Shown one piece after another: positions 8,101-17,388 of a stretch of DNA of 33,352 nucleotides (position 1 is its first letter; each line of letters starts with the position of its first letter). The stretch is taken from the IMG/VR virus record IMGVR_UViG_3300038974_000355, positions 1 to 33,352 of that record; one strand, given 5' to 3'. The translations under genes and the position numbers were made by a program. Origin of the DNA: a virus. Taxonomy: Duplodnaviria; Caudoviricetes. Under the pieces are notes generated by a model. That model did not search any database, was not told where the DNA came from, and was given only the letters and a program-made list of their open reading frames with translations.

Positions 8101-8797
8101 CGCTGCAAATAAGGCAAATCCAGATTACATTCCAAAAGAAATTAAAAGCAGAGTAAAAAACAGAAAATTGTCTGCCGAAATGCGTTTAGCTTTTGAGAAT
8201 GAGATAAAAGATGCTGAAAGGCGTGTTATGATGTTAAATGAAGGTAAGAGAACTCTTCCTAAAGTAAATCAGTCAGCATTAAGAATAGAAAAAAAGAATC
8301 CGAGCAAGTCCGTTTATGACATAATCGGCTTAAATACTTCTGTTCTTCCTGTTAGTTACACTAAATTGACAGATGGGAATAATATTATATTTACAGGCAT
8401 GGAAGATATTAGAGAAAAATTTGAAGATTATGTAAAATGGGCTGAATCAAACCCTATTCAGGTTGATAAGTTTATTCATTCCGGAGCACAAGCAGGGGCT
8501 AAAACGGTAGATATATCGAGGCCTATTTTATTAGAGAGTTTTCTCGCTCGAATAGGGATGACTCCTTCCCAATGGAAAAAGATGAGAAAAAACGATTTAT
8601 TTAAAGACGATTGTGAATATATTGAGAACAGAATAAATTCTGGGCTTATAGAGGGAGGAATGGTTGGTTCTCTCGACCCTGTAATGGTAAGCAAATTAAT
8701 TCCAAAAATAGAAGATGAAATTGAAACTCCGTCAAGCATAATCCCAATACAAATAAATTTAGGTAACTTAAAATCAGACAATAACCTTATTGAATAA
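8033..8797 (+). CDS. terS: Terminase small subunit (P22 gp3-like DNA-packaging domain) with N-terminal extension
   Basis: FEDYVKWAESNP..RP..LESF..IE..I..EGGMVG pattern; abuts terL; the start may be ATG 8045. Confidence 0.8.
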   Translation: MILEMAQRAKSTWKKTKQYLANSAANKANPDYIPKEIKSRVKNRKLSAEMRLAFENEIKDAERRVMMLNEGKRTLPKVNQSALRIEKKNPSKSVYDIIGLNTSVLPVSYTKLTDGNNIIFTGMEDIREKFEDYVKWAESNPIQVDKFIHSGAQAGAKTVDISRPILLESFLARIGMTPSQWKKMRKNDLFKDDCEYIENRINSGLIEGGMVGSLDPVMVSKLIPKIEDEIETPSSIIPIQINLGNLKSDNNLIE

Positions 8798-10212
8798 TGG
8801 CATCAGTTACATTAAATCCGAATCAACTATACTACACTATGTTGGAGTTTATGGTTGGTTCAAAAGAACGCCCAGTGGAAATAATAAATCTTGGTGGTAG
8901 CTCAGCTGCTAAGAGTTATGATTTTTTTCACTTGGCGTTCACTCTTTGTGCAAATTATAGGGTAAAAAATCTTCCTGATGGAGATTTAAAGCTATCTCCA
9001 GACGGAGACATGCCTTTAGTCGTACATTGCTTTAGAAATACATTAGATATGGCTAAAAACGCCTGCTATTACGATGCCCTCAATGTTCTTCGTTTAATGG
9101 GGATATTTGATATGGTTGAAAAGACCGAGCCAACAAGCCTTAGACCTAAAATAAAATTTCCTAATGGAAGTATTGTCGAATTTTTTGGGTTGCCAGAGTT
9201 TGAGGGTCAAAAAGAATGGGTCAGATACCATATAGGATATTTTAATGAAATTTTCGAAGTAGAAGATAAAGGGAGATTAAAAAGCATTATAACGAGATGT
9301 CGGATAGCAAATGTATATGATAGCAACCCTAAGCTTGCTGAACATTGGATAATAGACCAAATAAATCCAAACAATAAAAGACAACAATATAATCATCTTA
9401 TCTATAGAGATAATAAGTTTGTTCCAAAAGAATTTATTACATTTATAGAAAGTGAATGCCCATGGGATTTAAAAGATTTTGTTTATGACGAAGTGAATAA
9501 AAGATGGGGTTGGACTAAGCCTATATCAGAACGACTTCCGAACATTAAAAACATAGAAGCCGGAACTGTAGATAAACGACATTGGCTAATATACGGAGAG
9601 GGAGAAAGATATGCAAGCGAAGGCCAAGTTTTTGATGATGTCAATTTTATATCTTCATTCCCAAATCCAGAAATATTTGACGATATTTGTTTTGGATTAG
9701 ATTTTGGCTGGAATAAAGATGAATGCTCATTATCTATTAATGGAAAGAAGGATAATTCTATTACATCTCACTGTTTGATTTATGAGCCTGTAAATCATCC
9801 GGAAAAGTTATGCGATATGTGCAATATTGCAATTAAGGGAGTTTATCCGCAAATAGACAACATCCCGGAAGGAACTTATGTCTTTATATTTACAGATTCG
9901 CAAGATAAATTTGATGGGAAACAATTTGTAACACAAATGAATATTTATGCAGCAAGAAAAGGGTATAAAATTAGATTCCATAAAGTAAAAAAATCAGGGT
10001 CAAAGCTTGACAGAGCATTAAATCTAAAGAGGTTTAAATGGAATGTAGTCTATTCTTCTGTCACTAAAAGAGAAATATCTAAATACATTTACAAGGAAAT
10101 AGGAGGAAAACCAACAAACATGATAAACGAAAGAACAGGAAGAAACAATTTCGACCACTTTATAGATTCAGTTGTTTATCCCGTATGGATGCTTTGGCGA
10201 TACGCTGGATAA
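8797..10212 (+). CDS. terL: Terminase large subunit (PBSX/terminase_3-like)
   Basis: Walker A-like GGSSAAKS, Walker B YFNE, DSNP, nuclease GLDFG and DHFIDSVVY. Confidence 0.92.
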   Translation: MASVTLNPNQLYYTMLEFMVGSKERPVEIINLGGSSAAKSYDFFHLAFTLCANYRVKNLPDGDLKLSPDGDMPLVVHCFRNTLDMAKNACYYDALNVLRLMGIFDMVEKTEPTSLRPKIKFPNGSIVEFFGLPEFEGQKEWVRYHIGYFNEIFEVEDKGRLKSIITRCRIANVYDSNPKLAEHWIIDQINPNNKRQQYNHLIYRDNKFVPKEFITFIESECPWDLKDFVYDEVNKRWGWTKPISERLPNIKNIEAGTVDKRHWLIYGEGERYASEGQVFDDVNFISSFPNPEIFDDICFGLDFGWNKDECSLSINGKKDNSITSHCLIYEPVNHPEKLCDMCNIAIKGVYPQIDNIPEGTYVFIFTDSQDKFDGKQFVTQMNIYAARKGYKIRFHKVKKSGSKLDRALNLKRFKWNVVYSSVTKREISKYIYKEIGGKPTNMINERTGRNNFDHFIDSVVYPVWMLWRYAG

Positions 10213-10222
10213 TTTTTTTTTA

Positions 10223-10269
10223 AAATATAATTATTTTATTTTAAAAAACAAAATAAAATAATTATATTT
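10223..10269. repeat. Perfect 20-bp A/T-only inverted repeat with 7-nt spacer
   Basis: AAATATAATTATTTTATTTT (10223-10242) / AAAATAAAATAATTATATTT (10250-10269). Confidence 0.85.
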
Positions 10270-10270
10270 G
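10263..10270 (+). promoter_or_regulatory. Bacteroidota -7 promoter element for the head operon
   Basis: TATATTTG(C) 7 nt before the portal ATG 10278. Confidence 0.55.
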
Positions 10271-10277
10271 CGCAGAT

Positions 10278-11447
10278 ATGTTAGGTATAAAGTCGATAAG
10301 AGGATTTTTTAGGTCAACATTCAGGTCTATAGGTGGATTGGTGTTCCCTTTTAGTAGAAAAAGCGAGCCATTTACGACAAGCAATGTTGCTGGGGCTACA
10401 AGAGCATTCTCTTCTTGCACTCCAGTACTCGTATCTCTAAATAAGATTGGAGATGCTGTTGAACAAAGCCGATTGTGGGTTTATAATTCGTCTGACGATT
10501 CAATAAATATCAGCTTATCTTCTTCTCTTGCCGGATTTATGAAAAAATATCCATTTTTTGGAGATGTAGCTATTTGCTATAAGCTATACGGTAAGGCTTA
10601 TATTAGAAGAAAAAATTATATAGGGGCAGGATATGATTATGTCCACATCTTGAACCCATTTATAGAGGAAAATGAATTTGATGATTATGTAGGAATTGAC
10701 GGAAAAAAAAGAGTCAAAAACTATCGGATTACAAACGAAAATGGGACACAGTCTATTGTTAGTGCTAAAGACATATTAAAAATAGGAGAAGGATATTCGT
10801 ATGAAGTTTCTCCTGAAATAGCAGGATTAGAATATTTTATTAATGCTTATATATTCGCAGCAGAAACGATGAAAGAATCGTATGCTGACGGCGGAGCACG
10901 AAAACTTGTTTCTCTCGATGTTGGTGATGTTGATGCACTTGCAAGTGGAGTGCTTGATACAGAAAGAAATGTTCTTCAAAAGAAATTAGGAACAACTTAT
11001 GGGCAAAGAACAGGGCAATCTAAACTTATTGTTACGGCAGCAAAAGGGACATCAATTGACTTGACTACTCCTATTGCACAACTTGACGGGAATACGAATC
11101 TCAAGTTGTTCTTTTCTGAAATAGCAATAGCATTTGGAGTACCACCTGCGTTAGTCGGTATTAATACAAGTGCATATAAAAAGATTACAGAAGCTCGGCA
11201 AGAGTTTTATCAGCAAACAGTATCATCTGTTGCTCAAAAAATATTTCATCCTTTTTTAACATGGATAAATAAATCGTCAGAAGATACATATATAAAGGTT
11301 GATTTTTCTGAACTTGATTTTTATCAAGAGGCATTATCAAAGAGAGCATCCGTTATTCAGCAATCGGCACAAGGACTTTCCAATTTAGTTAATTCAAATA
11401 TACTTACAGTTGAGGAAGCTCGTAATGAATATTTTAAATTGATGTAA
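10278..11447 (+). CDS. Portal protein (HK97-like)
   Basis: Follows terL; 389 aa; LYGKAYI, IAIAFGVPPALVG and LTVEEAR motifs. Confidence 0.9.
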   Translation: MLGIKSIRGFFRSTFRSIGGLVFPFSRKSEPFTTSNVAGATRAFSSCTPVLVSLNKIGDAVEQSRLWVYNSSDDSINISLSSSLAGFMKKYPFFGDVAICYKLYGKAYIRRKNYIGAGYDYVHILNPFIEENEFDDYVGIDGKKRVKNYRITNENGTQSIVSAKDILKIGEGYSYEVSPEIAGLEYFINAYIFAAETMKESYADGGARKLVSLDVGDVDALASGVLDTERNVLQKKLGTTYGQRTGQSKLIVTAAKGTSIDLTTPIAQLDGNTNLKLFFSEIAIAFGVPPALVGINTSAYKKITEARQEFYQQTVSSVAQKIFHPFLTWINKSSEDTYIKVDFSELDFYQEALSKRASVIQQSAQGLSNLVNSNILTVEEARNEYFKLM

Positions 11448-11453
11448 TTAATT

Positions 11454-12200
11454 ATGAAAAATAAAATCATAGAAAAGGCTATTAAGGATTATAAAGATAA
11501 AACAAATCCTAACAATGTCGTAAAGAAACTTTTTGAATTGAAAGAACTCTCATCTGATAAACTTGATTTAACTGACGAGATTTCTTCGTTTAAAGAAAAG
11601 ACAGAGAAGAATATCATAAAGTATGCTGATTGCGTATCTATAAATCCGACAATAACTATTCAAACAAATAAGGATAGCGACGGATCAACAGATAATGATT
11701 CTGTTTTGCATTTAAAAGCAGTAATAAATAGCTGCAATTACCTCGATAGTCACGGAGATGTTCATCTCCCCGGATGCTGGGATGAAGATTTGAAGTCAAA
11801 CAACACAAGGAAATTGCTTAAAGAGCATAAAAGAGAATTTGAGTCTGTTATTAGCGATGATATGAAAGCTTCCGTACAAGAAATAGAAGAATTGGGTGGA
11901 GTTCAATGTCTTGTTTTCGAGGGAAATATTCATAAAGAAGATAATCCATTAATGTTTTCAAAATATAAACAAAAGAAAGTAAATCAACATTCTGTAGGAA
12001 TGAGATATTTAAAGACTTTGTTTTGTGTTAATTCAGATGAGCCCGAATACTCTCAATATAAAGAAAATTGGGATAAATATTCTTCTTCTGTTAAGAACCT
12101 AAAAAAAGATACAAAATATTTTACCGCAGTATTAAAATGTTCTTGCATTGAGGGAAGTGCTGTTTTATTCGGTTCAAATCAATATACTCCTGTTTTATAA
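11454..12200 (+). CDS. Prohead maturation protease (HK97-type)
   Basis: DSHGDVH, LLKEH, HSVGM and EGSAVLFGSN motifs; between portal and capsid. Confidence 0.85.
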   Translation: MKNKIIEKAIKDYKDKTNPNNVVKKLFELKELSSDKLDLTDEISSFKEKTEKNIIKYADCVSINPTITIQTNKDSDGSTDNDSVLHLKAVINSCNYLDSHGDVHLPGCWDEDLKSNNTRKLLKEHKREFESVISDDMKASVQEIEELGGVQCLVFEGNIHKEDNPLMFSKYKQKKVNQHSVGMRYLKTLFCVNSDEPEYSQYKENWDKYSSSVKNLKKDTKYFTAVLKCSCIEGSAVLFGSNQYTPVL

Positions 12201-12225
12201 ATTCGTTTAATTAAATATAAATATT

Positions 12226-13392
12226 ATGACTAAAGAAGAATTATTAAAATTATTCAATGAGGATGAAGCTAAAGGTGTAGCTGCAATCATTGATTTTGTG
12301 TTTTCCGAGGTAAAATCAGGGGTAAGCCTTGAGGACTTGGACAACAAAATAAAAGAATTAGATTTAGAAGAAAAACTCAAAGCTATACAAGATAGAATTG
12401 AAGATGCTAAATCAGAAGGAATAGAAAGCAAATTGCTTGCTGATATTAAAAAAGCCGTTTCAGACGGTACATTCAAAACCGGGAAAAGGGTAAGCTTTGA
12501 AACAAAAGAAGCAACTCCTATGACTACGGTATCTACTGGCGCTCAAACAGCAGGATTAACAGGTGTGCGCAGAATGTCTGGAATCAATGCTTTACCGGTG
12601 TATATTTCAGACCTTTACAATACTCTTGTAAAAGGATATATCGCAGAAGGTACTGTCGAGTGGGTAAATGAAGGTACTCTTGAAGGCGATTTCGCTTGGG
12701 TTGGAGAAAACGCCTTAAAGCCTTATCTTTCTACTACTTGGTCTAAAGAAGTGGCAAGTCCTAAAACTATCTCAGGACTTGCAAAAGGGTCAGTTAAAAT
12801 GGCTCACGAATGGTCGTCATTCTGGCGTGTGTTCCAAAACATAATGGTAACTCGTTTGAACAAAAAATTAGAACACGACTTACTGTTTGGAGATGGTGTC
12901 GGAGATAACTTGAGAGGTATTACGCTTGATTTTGCCGCTTATAACAATCCTGTTTTGGCGGGTACAGTATCTTCACCTAATCTTGTCAATGCCATTAATG
13001 CTGCTGCCGACCAAATTCGATTTGCCGGATTTATTCCGTCTGTTGTCGTTGTATCTACGCAAGATATGGCATCTTTAAAATATATTAAAGATGATAACGG
13101 TAGAGATATGTACAGCGAATTATCATCTCAATTATCTTGGGCTAAAATAATAGAAGTAGATATACCTGAAATGGTAGGAAATATCGCAGTTTTTGACGAC
13201 CGTTATTGGGAAGTTTACGAACACATGAGATTAAATGTGCAAGTAGCAGACCAAAATGACGATGATTTCGAAAAAAATATGATGACAATGCGCGTTGAAA
13301 TGATGTTGTATTCATTCCATAGCTCAATTTACAACTTGTCAGGAGTATATGCAAGTATTGCTGCTATTCTTGCAAGTATTGAAAAACAATAA
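12226..13392 (+). CDS. Major capsid protein (HK97 fold with N-terminal delta domain)
   Basis: Coiled-coil N-terminus; WVGENALKP, LLFGDG...LRGI, KDDNGR and DFEKNMMTMRVE motifs. Confidence 0.93.
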   Translation: MTKEELLKLFNEDEAKGVAAIIDFVFSEVKSGVSLEDLDNKIKELDLEEKLKAIQDRIEDAKSEGIESKLLADIKKAVSDGTFKTGKRVSFETKEATPMTTVSTGAQTAGLTGVRRMSGINALPVYISDLYNTLVKGYIAEGTVEWVNEGTLEGDFAWVGENALKPYLSTTWSKEVASPKTISGLAKGSVKMAHEWSSFWRVFQNIMVTRLNKKLEHDLLFGDGVGDNLRGITLDFAAYNNPVLAGTVSSPNLVNAINAAADQIRFAGFIPSVVVVSTQDMASLKYIKDDNGRDMYSELSSQLSWAKIIEVDIPEMVGNIAVFDDRYWEVYEHMRLNVQVADQNDDDFEKNMMTMRVEMMLYSFHSSIYNLSGVYASIAAILASIEKQ

Positions 13393-13401
13393 TTATTATA
13401 T

Positions 13402-13431
13402 AGTATTGCTGATTAAAATATCAGCAATACT
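13402..13431 (+). terminator. Stem-loop after the capsid gene (terminator or mRNA-stabilising hairpin)
   Basis: Perfect 12-bp stem AGTATTGCTGAT/ATCAGCAATACT with 6-nt loop; no clear U-tract. Confidence 0.6.
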
Positions 13432-13458
13432 GTTATAAACTTAAAAAAAATAAAAAAT

Positions 13459-13644
13459 ATGACAACAGCAGAACAAGCCGAATTGGCTAAGCAAAAAAAA
13501 GCAGAAAAAGTTGCTTATAAGGAGAATGTAGTTATTATAGGCACAGGAAAATCTTCTTTTTTAAAAGAAGGAGTAGAATATAAAACCGGTGTTTTAACCG
13601 CAAAAGAGTTGGTAAAATCAGGAAAGGCTACGGCTAAGAAATAA
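13459..13644 (+). CDS. Small hypothetical protein following the capsid gene
   Basis: 61 aa; A-rich leader; typical position. Confidence 0.75.
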   Translation: MTTAEQAELAKQKKAEKVAYKENVVIIGTGKSSFLKEGVEYKTGVLTAKELVKSGKATAKK

Positions 13645-13648
13645 TATT

Positions 13649-14179
13649 ATGGCATCCTTAACTTTTCTTTCAAGTTCTTATTTCTATGGCGTTTTAAAAT
13701 TAGACGACATTTGGAATTATAAAATGGATGAAGGCGCAAGCGCTATGCAAATATCGCTTGCTGCTAACAACCAAAAACAAATGAACGCTTATTTGCAAAA
13801 TTATGAATACGAAATTGTAAAGAAATATTTTGGAGTTGAAGTAGCTAATGGTATTTATAGTTCCGATTCCGATTATTCATCACAAAAGGATATAATATTT
13901 GGATTAATTGAGGGGTCAATTCCATCTTATCCTCGCAGTTGTATTGCAAATTTTATATGGTGTCTTGTTTATCGTGATTCAAGGAATCAGTTTACGCAAA
14001 AGGGATTTGTATCGCAAGATGTAGCGAATACTACTCGTAGGACAGCGAATACTCTTTATGTGTCTGCATTTAATCTCGGTGTAGATATATTGGTAGAAAC
14101 ATATAAGAAACTTAAAGATGCAAATCTTAGCTTTGAACCTACTTGTATTCCTGATTATGTAAATATATTTGGGATATGA
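13649..14179 (+). CDS. Putative head-tail adaptor
   Basis: Position and size; helical protein with SYF.G.L N-terminus and IANFI motif. Confidence 0.5.
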   Translation: MASLTFLSSSYFYGVLKLDDIWNYKMDEGASAMQISLAANNQKQMNAYLQNYEYEIVKKYFGVEVANGIYSSDSDYSSQKDIIFGLIEGSIPSYPRSCIANFIWCLVYRDSRNQFTQKGFVSQDVANTTRRTANTLYVSAFNLGVDILVETYKKLKDANLSFEPTCIPDYVNIFGI

Positions 14180-14826
14180 TTTACAGCAAAGAATTAATAG
14201 GCCACTTATCTTATCTTATGTCTAATACACTTAGATATGATGTAGTGTTTCAAACTGCTTTGAAAAAATATCAGTTTCAGATAAGTAATTCGTACTGGTT
14301 TATACCTATTCCCGGAACTGACCGAAGTGAGCATATTGCTATGTTTTTCTATTATTATGGTTCGCTAAAAGAATTATCTTCTTTTTATAATACAGGCAAT
14401 CCTGAATGTAAATATCCATCTTTATTCAATGTAGCTCCTACATTAATACAGAGAGGAATCGATGGAGATATTTATAATTTTAAATTTTTATTTACTTGTA
14501 TAGTAGATAAAGCTTGGAACACAGAAATAATTGAAAATCTTGTTGTAAAGCCTATTTTTTCAAGGATGGAATCAGCGATGAGAAAAGCTTTAGACGACAG
14601 TCCTTTTATTGTAGGTTGGAATCCGAATTATAAAATAATATTTGACAGCACAGATAATGTAGGTGGGTCTATCCACCAAAGTTATTTTGGAGATTTCGTT
14701 TCCGTAGCTATCATTGATAATCTTGAAATAATTGTAAATAATGATTATTGCGAAAAAGAGTATAAAAAGTTAACAGAAGATTATCAAAATTACTTACTAA
14801 AGGCTCTCGGTCGTGATATAGGATGA
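14176..14826 (+). CDS. Putative neck/tail-completion protein
   Basis: ATGA-coupled to the upstream gene; directly precedes the major tail gene; KYP motif. Confidence 0.45.
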   Translation: MIYSKELIGHLSYLMSNTLRYDVVFQTALKKYQFQISNSYWFIPIPGTDRSEHIAMFFYYYGSLKELSSFYNTGNPECKYPSLFNVAPTLIQRGIDGDIYNFKFLFTCIVDKAWNTEIIENLVVKPIFSRMESAMRKALDDSPFIVGWNPNYKIIFDSTDNVGGSIHQSYFGDFVSVAIIDNLEIIVNNDYCEKEYKKLTEDYQNYLLKALGRDIG

Positions 14827-14854
14827 TTTTTTAACATTTTAAATAAATAAATAT

Positions 14855-15799
14855 ATGAGTGGAAGAATTAATTACGCCCCATGCGTTGCTGGTGGCGTTG
14901 CAGACCTCGGGACGAAGTTCTGCGTTAAAGACAATTATAACCAATTTAGGGGTTTGATTGTTGCTCAAAAAGGGCAATCGTTTACGGCTGCCGAAGTGGA
15001 AACTATTGAGGCTTCATTAAAAAAAGCGCAATATTATACTGACGGTCGTATCGTATATATTCCTCTTGCAGGAGTATCTTCTGACGACACACAAGCAGCT
15101 ACAGAAACAACAACAGTAGATGGAGCTATTCACGGTCGCCAAGATAATGCACCTTCTTTTACTGCACAGCTGAAAACAAAATCAATTTATCTGACTAAAC
15201 AATTATTGAAATTAAACGGTCAAGAATTGGTTATCTATTTTATTACCGATACATCATTGATGTTGGGTAAAGCACTCGAAGATGGTTCGTTTACAGGAAA
15301 ATCAGGAACATTGTACACAGATACTTATCGTCCTGTTGCCGATAATAGCACTCGTATTGGAACTGTAAAAATCGTAGTAGATGATGCTGCTGAATTTGGA
15401 GCTTGGTTAGATTATATCGAAATTGACAATACTATTTTGTCAGAGTTGGCTATGATTAACGAGGTTAAACTTACAGCCACAAAAGGAGCAGGGCTTAGCA
15501 CGACAATTAATGTCGCTTCATTGGCTGACAACCATATTAATATTGGTTCTATCGAGCCAGAATTAGCTACCCCAGAGGCTTGGATTGTAGTTAATTTGGC
15601 AACCGGTGTTTTAATTCCGTCAGATGAATTGACATTCACTTTATTACCGGGAGGTAATGTTCAAATTGTTTCAACGACCGCTTATCCAAATGTGTCTATA
15701 TCTTTAGCGACACCAGAAACATTAATCGAAAATGGTATCGGTAGCATTAATGGTGGTACTTACGAGGGTATGCCTGTTAAAACAGGATTTTCCGCATAA
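14855..15799 (+). CDS. Major tail (tube) protein
   Basis: 314 aa, T/A/G-rich; position between neck genes and tape measure; long A/T leader. Confidence 0.7.
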   Translation: MSGRINYAPCVAGGVADLGTKFCVKDNYNQFRGLIVAQKGQSFTAAEVETIEASLKKAQYYTDGRIVYIPLAGVSSDDTQAATETTTVDGAIHGRQDNAPSFTAQLKTKSIYLTKQLLKLNGQELVIYFITDTSLMLGKALEDGSFTGKSGTLYTDTYRPVADNSTRIGTVKIVVDDAAEFGAWLDYIEIDNTILSELAMINEVKLTATKGAGLSTTINVASLADNHINIGSIEPELATPEAWIVVNLATGVLIPSDELTFTLLPGGNVQIVSTTAYPNVSISLATPETLIENGIGSINGGTYEGMPVKTGFSA

Positions 15800-15801
15800 T
15801 T

Positions 15802-16104
15802 ATGAAACATATTAAGGTAGGAACTACCTATATTTCAGAGGCTTTGTTTGATTTGAGTAAAGATGATTTTATATCGTCTTTATCTCCAATCTTCGGGAAC
15901 AGTGAAGATAAGAAAGAAGAGTTTATTGCTCTTTATGATAGTTTCCACGACAAAGAGAAAGAAGATGCTTTGGAAGATAAGAAAGAAGTTGAATCAAAGG
16001 AATATGAAAATACAACTTTTGATGAAAATGATTCTACATTAACTAAAGTTGATTCTATTTCCACGAAAGAAGAGCCAAGGAAAAAGAAGAAAACAAAAAA
16101 ATAA
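15802..16104 (+). CDS. Hypothetical protein (acidic with basic tail)
   Basis: ORF 2 nt after the tail gene, ending just before a terminator. Confidence 0.7.
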   Translation: MKHIKVGTTYISEALFDLSKDDFISSLSPIFGNSEDKKEEFIALYDSFHDKEKEDALEDKKEVESKEYENTTFDENDSTLTKVDSISTKEEPRKKKKTKK

Positions 16105-16109
16105 CTATT

Positions 16110-16153
16110 AAGTGCGCCTAATTATCCTCGTGTTTAGGCGCACTTTTAATTTT
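16110..16153 (+). terminator. Intrinsic terminator
   Basis: 12-bp stem AAGTGCGCCTAA (16110-16121)/TTAGGCGCACTT (16134-16145) followed by TTAATTTT. Confidence 0.75.
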
Positions 16154-16158
16154 ATACT

Positions 16159-16641
16159 ATGGATGCAGCTATAGCATGGCTTATGGAGATGAGAGATTAT
16201 GCTGTTTCTCAATTGCAAGAAGAATATCCTACGCAAGAATATACTTTAGAGCAAATAAAATGGGCAATATCTGTCTTATCAGTAGATATTGTTTCTTTAC
16301 TTATATCACAACTTGCTTCCGGAGAATTATCTGACGGAAGCAACACACCTATGTATGCTGATTCGACATTAAAGCGAAAACAATATTATCCTAAAACAAT
16401 TTTTGGAGATGGCATACATTGGAGCCTTAGAGATGAGGGAAATTTATATCGTTCGTTAAAAGCAGATACAGATGATGGTGAATCTATTATATTTGAAAAC
16501 AAAGCGACATTAGGATTGATTAATCAAATGACAAAACACGGATTAGTTATCGAGCAATTCCTATCTCTTAATGAATTGAACAAACAAAAAGCATTTGATA
16601 TGATTAATAAAAAACTAAGCGAAAAATACAATGGGTTGTAA
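16159..16641 (+). CDS. Putative virion morphogenesis/neck protein
   Basis: G..DG...P.YA.STLKRK and L.DEG.LYRSL motifs typical of phage morphogenesis proteins. Confidence 0.55.
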   Translation: MDAAIAWLMEMRDYAVSQLQEEYPTQEYTLEQIKWAISVLSVDIVSLLISQLASGELSDGSNTPMYADSTLKRKQYYPKTIFGDGIHWSLRDEGNLYRSLKADTDDGESIIFENKATLGLINQMTKHGLVIEQFLSLNELNKQKAFDMINKKLSEKYNGL

Positions 16642-16840
16642 ATGTCAAGAAAAAACAGTAAATTTGCTATATGAAAAAGCAAAGTCAGAAGTTGAAATTA
16701 TACTCAATAAATCAAATAAAACATCATATTATCTCTATCGTGAAAAATCGGATTGGTGGTATGTTGAGAAAATATCTTGCGTTCCTAAAAATGCTAAGAA
16801 TGTTGAATTTATCTACCGACCTAACAAAATTAAAAGTTAA
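16631..16840 (+). CDS. Small hypothetical protein (MGCKC start)
   Basis: Overlaps the upstream stop; 69 aa. Confidence 0.6.
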   Translation: MGCKCQEKTVNLLYEKAKSEVEIILNKSNKTSYYLYREKSDWWYVEKISCVPKNAKNVEFIYRPNKIKS

Positions 16841-17387
16841 AGATTATTTTTCTATAATAATTGGAGATTATAGAGCTATACAAAAGATAAAACTACCATT
16901 TCTTAATACTACATCTGATTTTTTTGATGCAAGCAGGTCTATATCAGACCAATATTCTAAAATCAGTTCTGATTCTTTATTTCCTGAAAGAAAATCACGC
17001 TCTGACGAACTAAAAGAGATGGTTGCTCGGATAGAAATATATAAAGGAGCTTTTTATGTTTTATCTTTAAAGGAAAGTGATGTTTGTATTAATAAGTTAA
17101 AAGAAATAAATTTTGTTGTTCCAGATAATAAGGAAAAACTACTCAAAGAGCTGGAAAAATCAATTATATCTTTAAGTAGAAAAATATCTGATTTAATTGC
17201 AGAAATAAAATTAACATCTAAAACTGATGCCCCAAAAGTAGAATCTAAAGACTTGACAAAGCAATTGCTTATTTTGCGTAAAAACGGAATTATGATTGAC
17301 GGTAATAGCACCGTTGAAGAATATATTGTTGGATGCAATATCCTTAACGAAGAATTTAAAGCATTAAAAAAACACCATAAAAAATAG
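16791..17387 (+). CDS. Putative tail assembly chaperone
   Basis: Immediately before tape measure; helical; frame is open from 16671 but an internal ATG (16761, 16791 or 16800) is the more likely start. Confidence 0.55.
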   Translation: MLRMLNLSTDLTKLKVKDYFSIIIGDYRAIQKIKLPFLNTTSDFFDASRSISDQYSKISSDSLFPERKSRSDELKEMVARIEIYKGAFYVLSLKESDVCINKLKEINFVVPDNKEKLLKELEKSIISLSRKISDLIAEIKLTSKTDAPKVESKDLTKQLLILRKNGIMIDGNSTVEEYIVGCNILNEEFKALKKHHKK

Positions 17388-17388
17388 T

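Noticed and set aside
8893-8916. Deviant TerL Walker A (GGSSAAKS)
   Set aside because: Terminase Walker A motifs are commonly deviant; other ATPase and nuclease motifs are intact
1272-15639. Short - strand ORFs opposite replication, terminase, capsid and tail genes
   Set aside because: Overlap well-supported + strand genes; no independent signals
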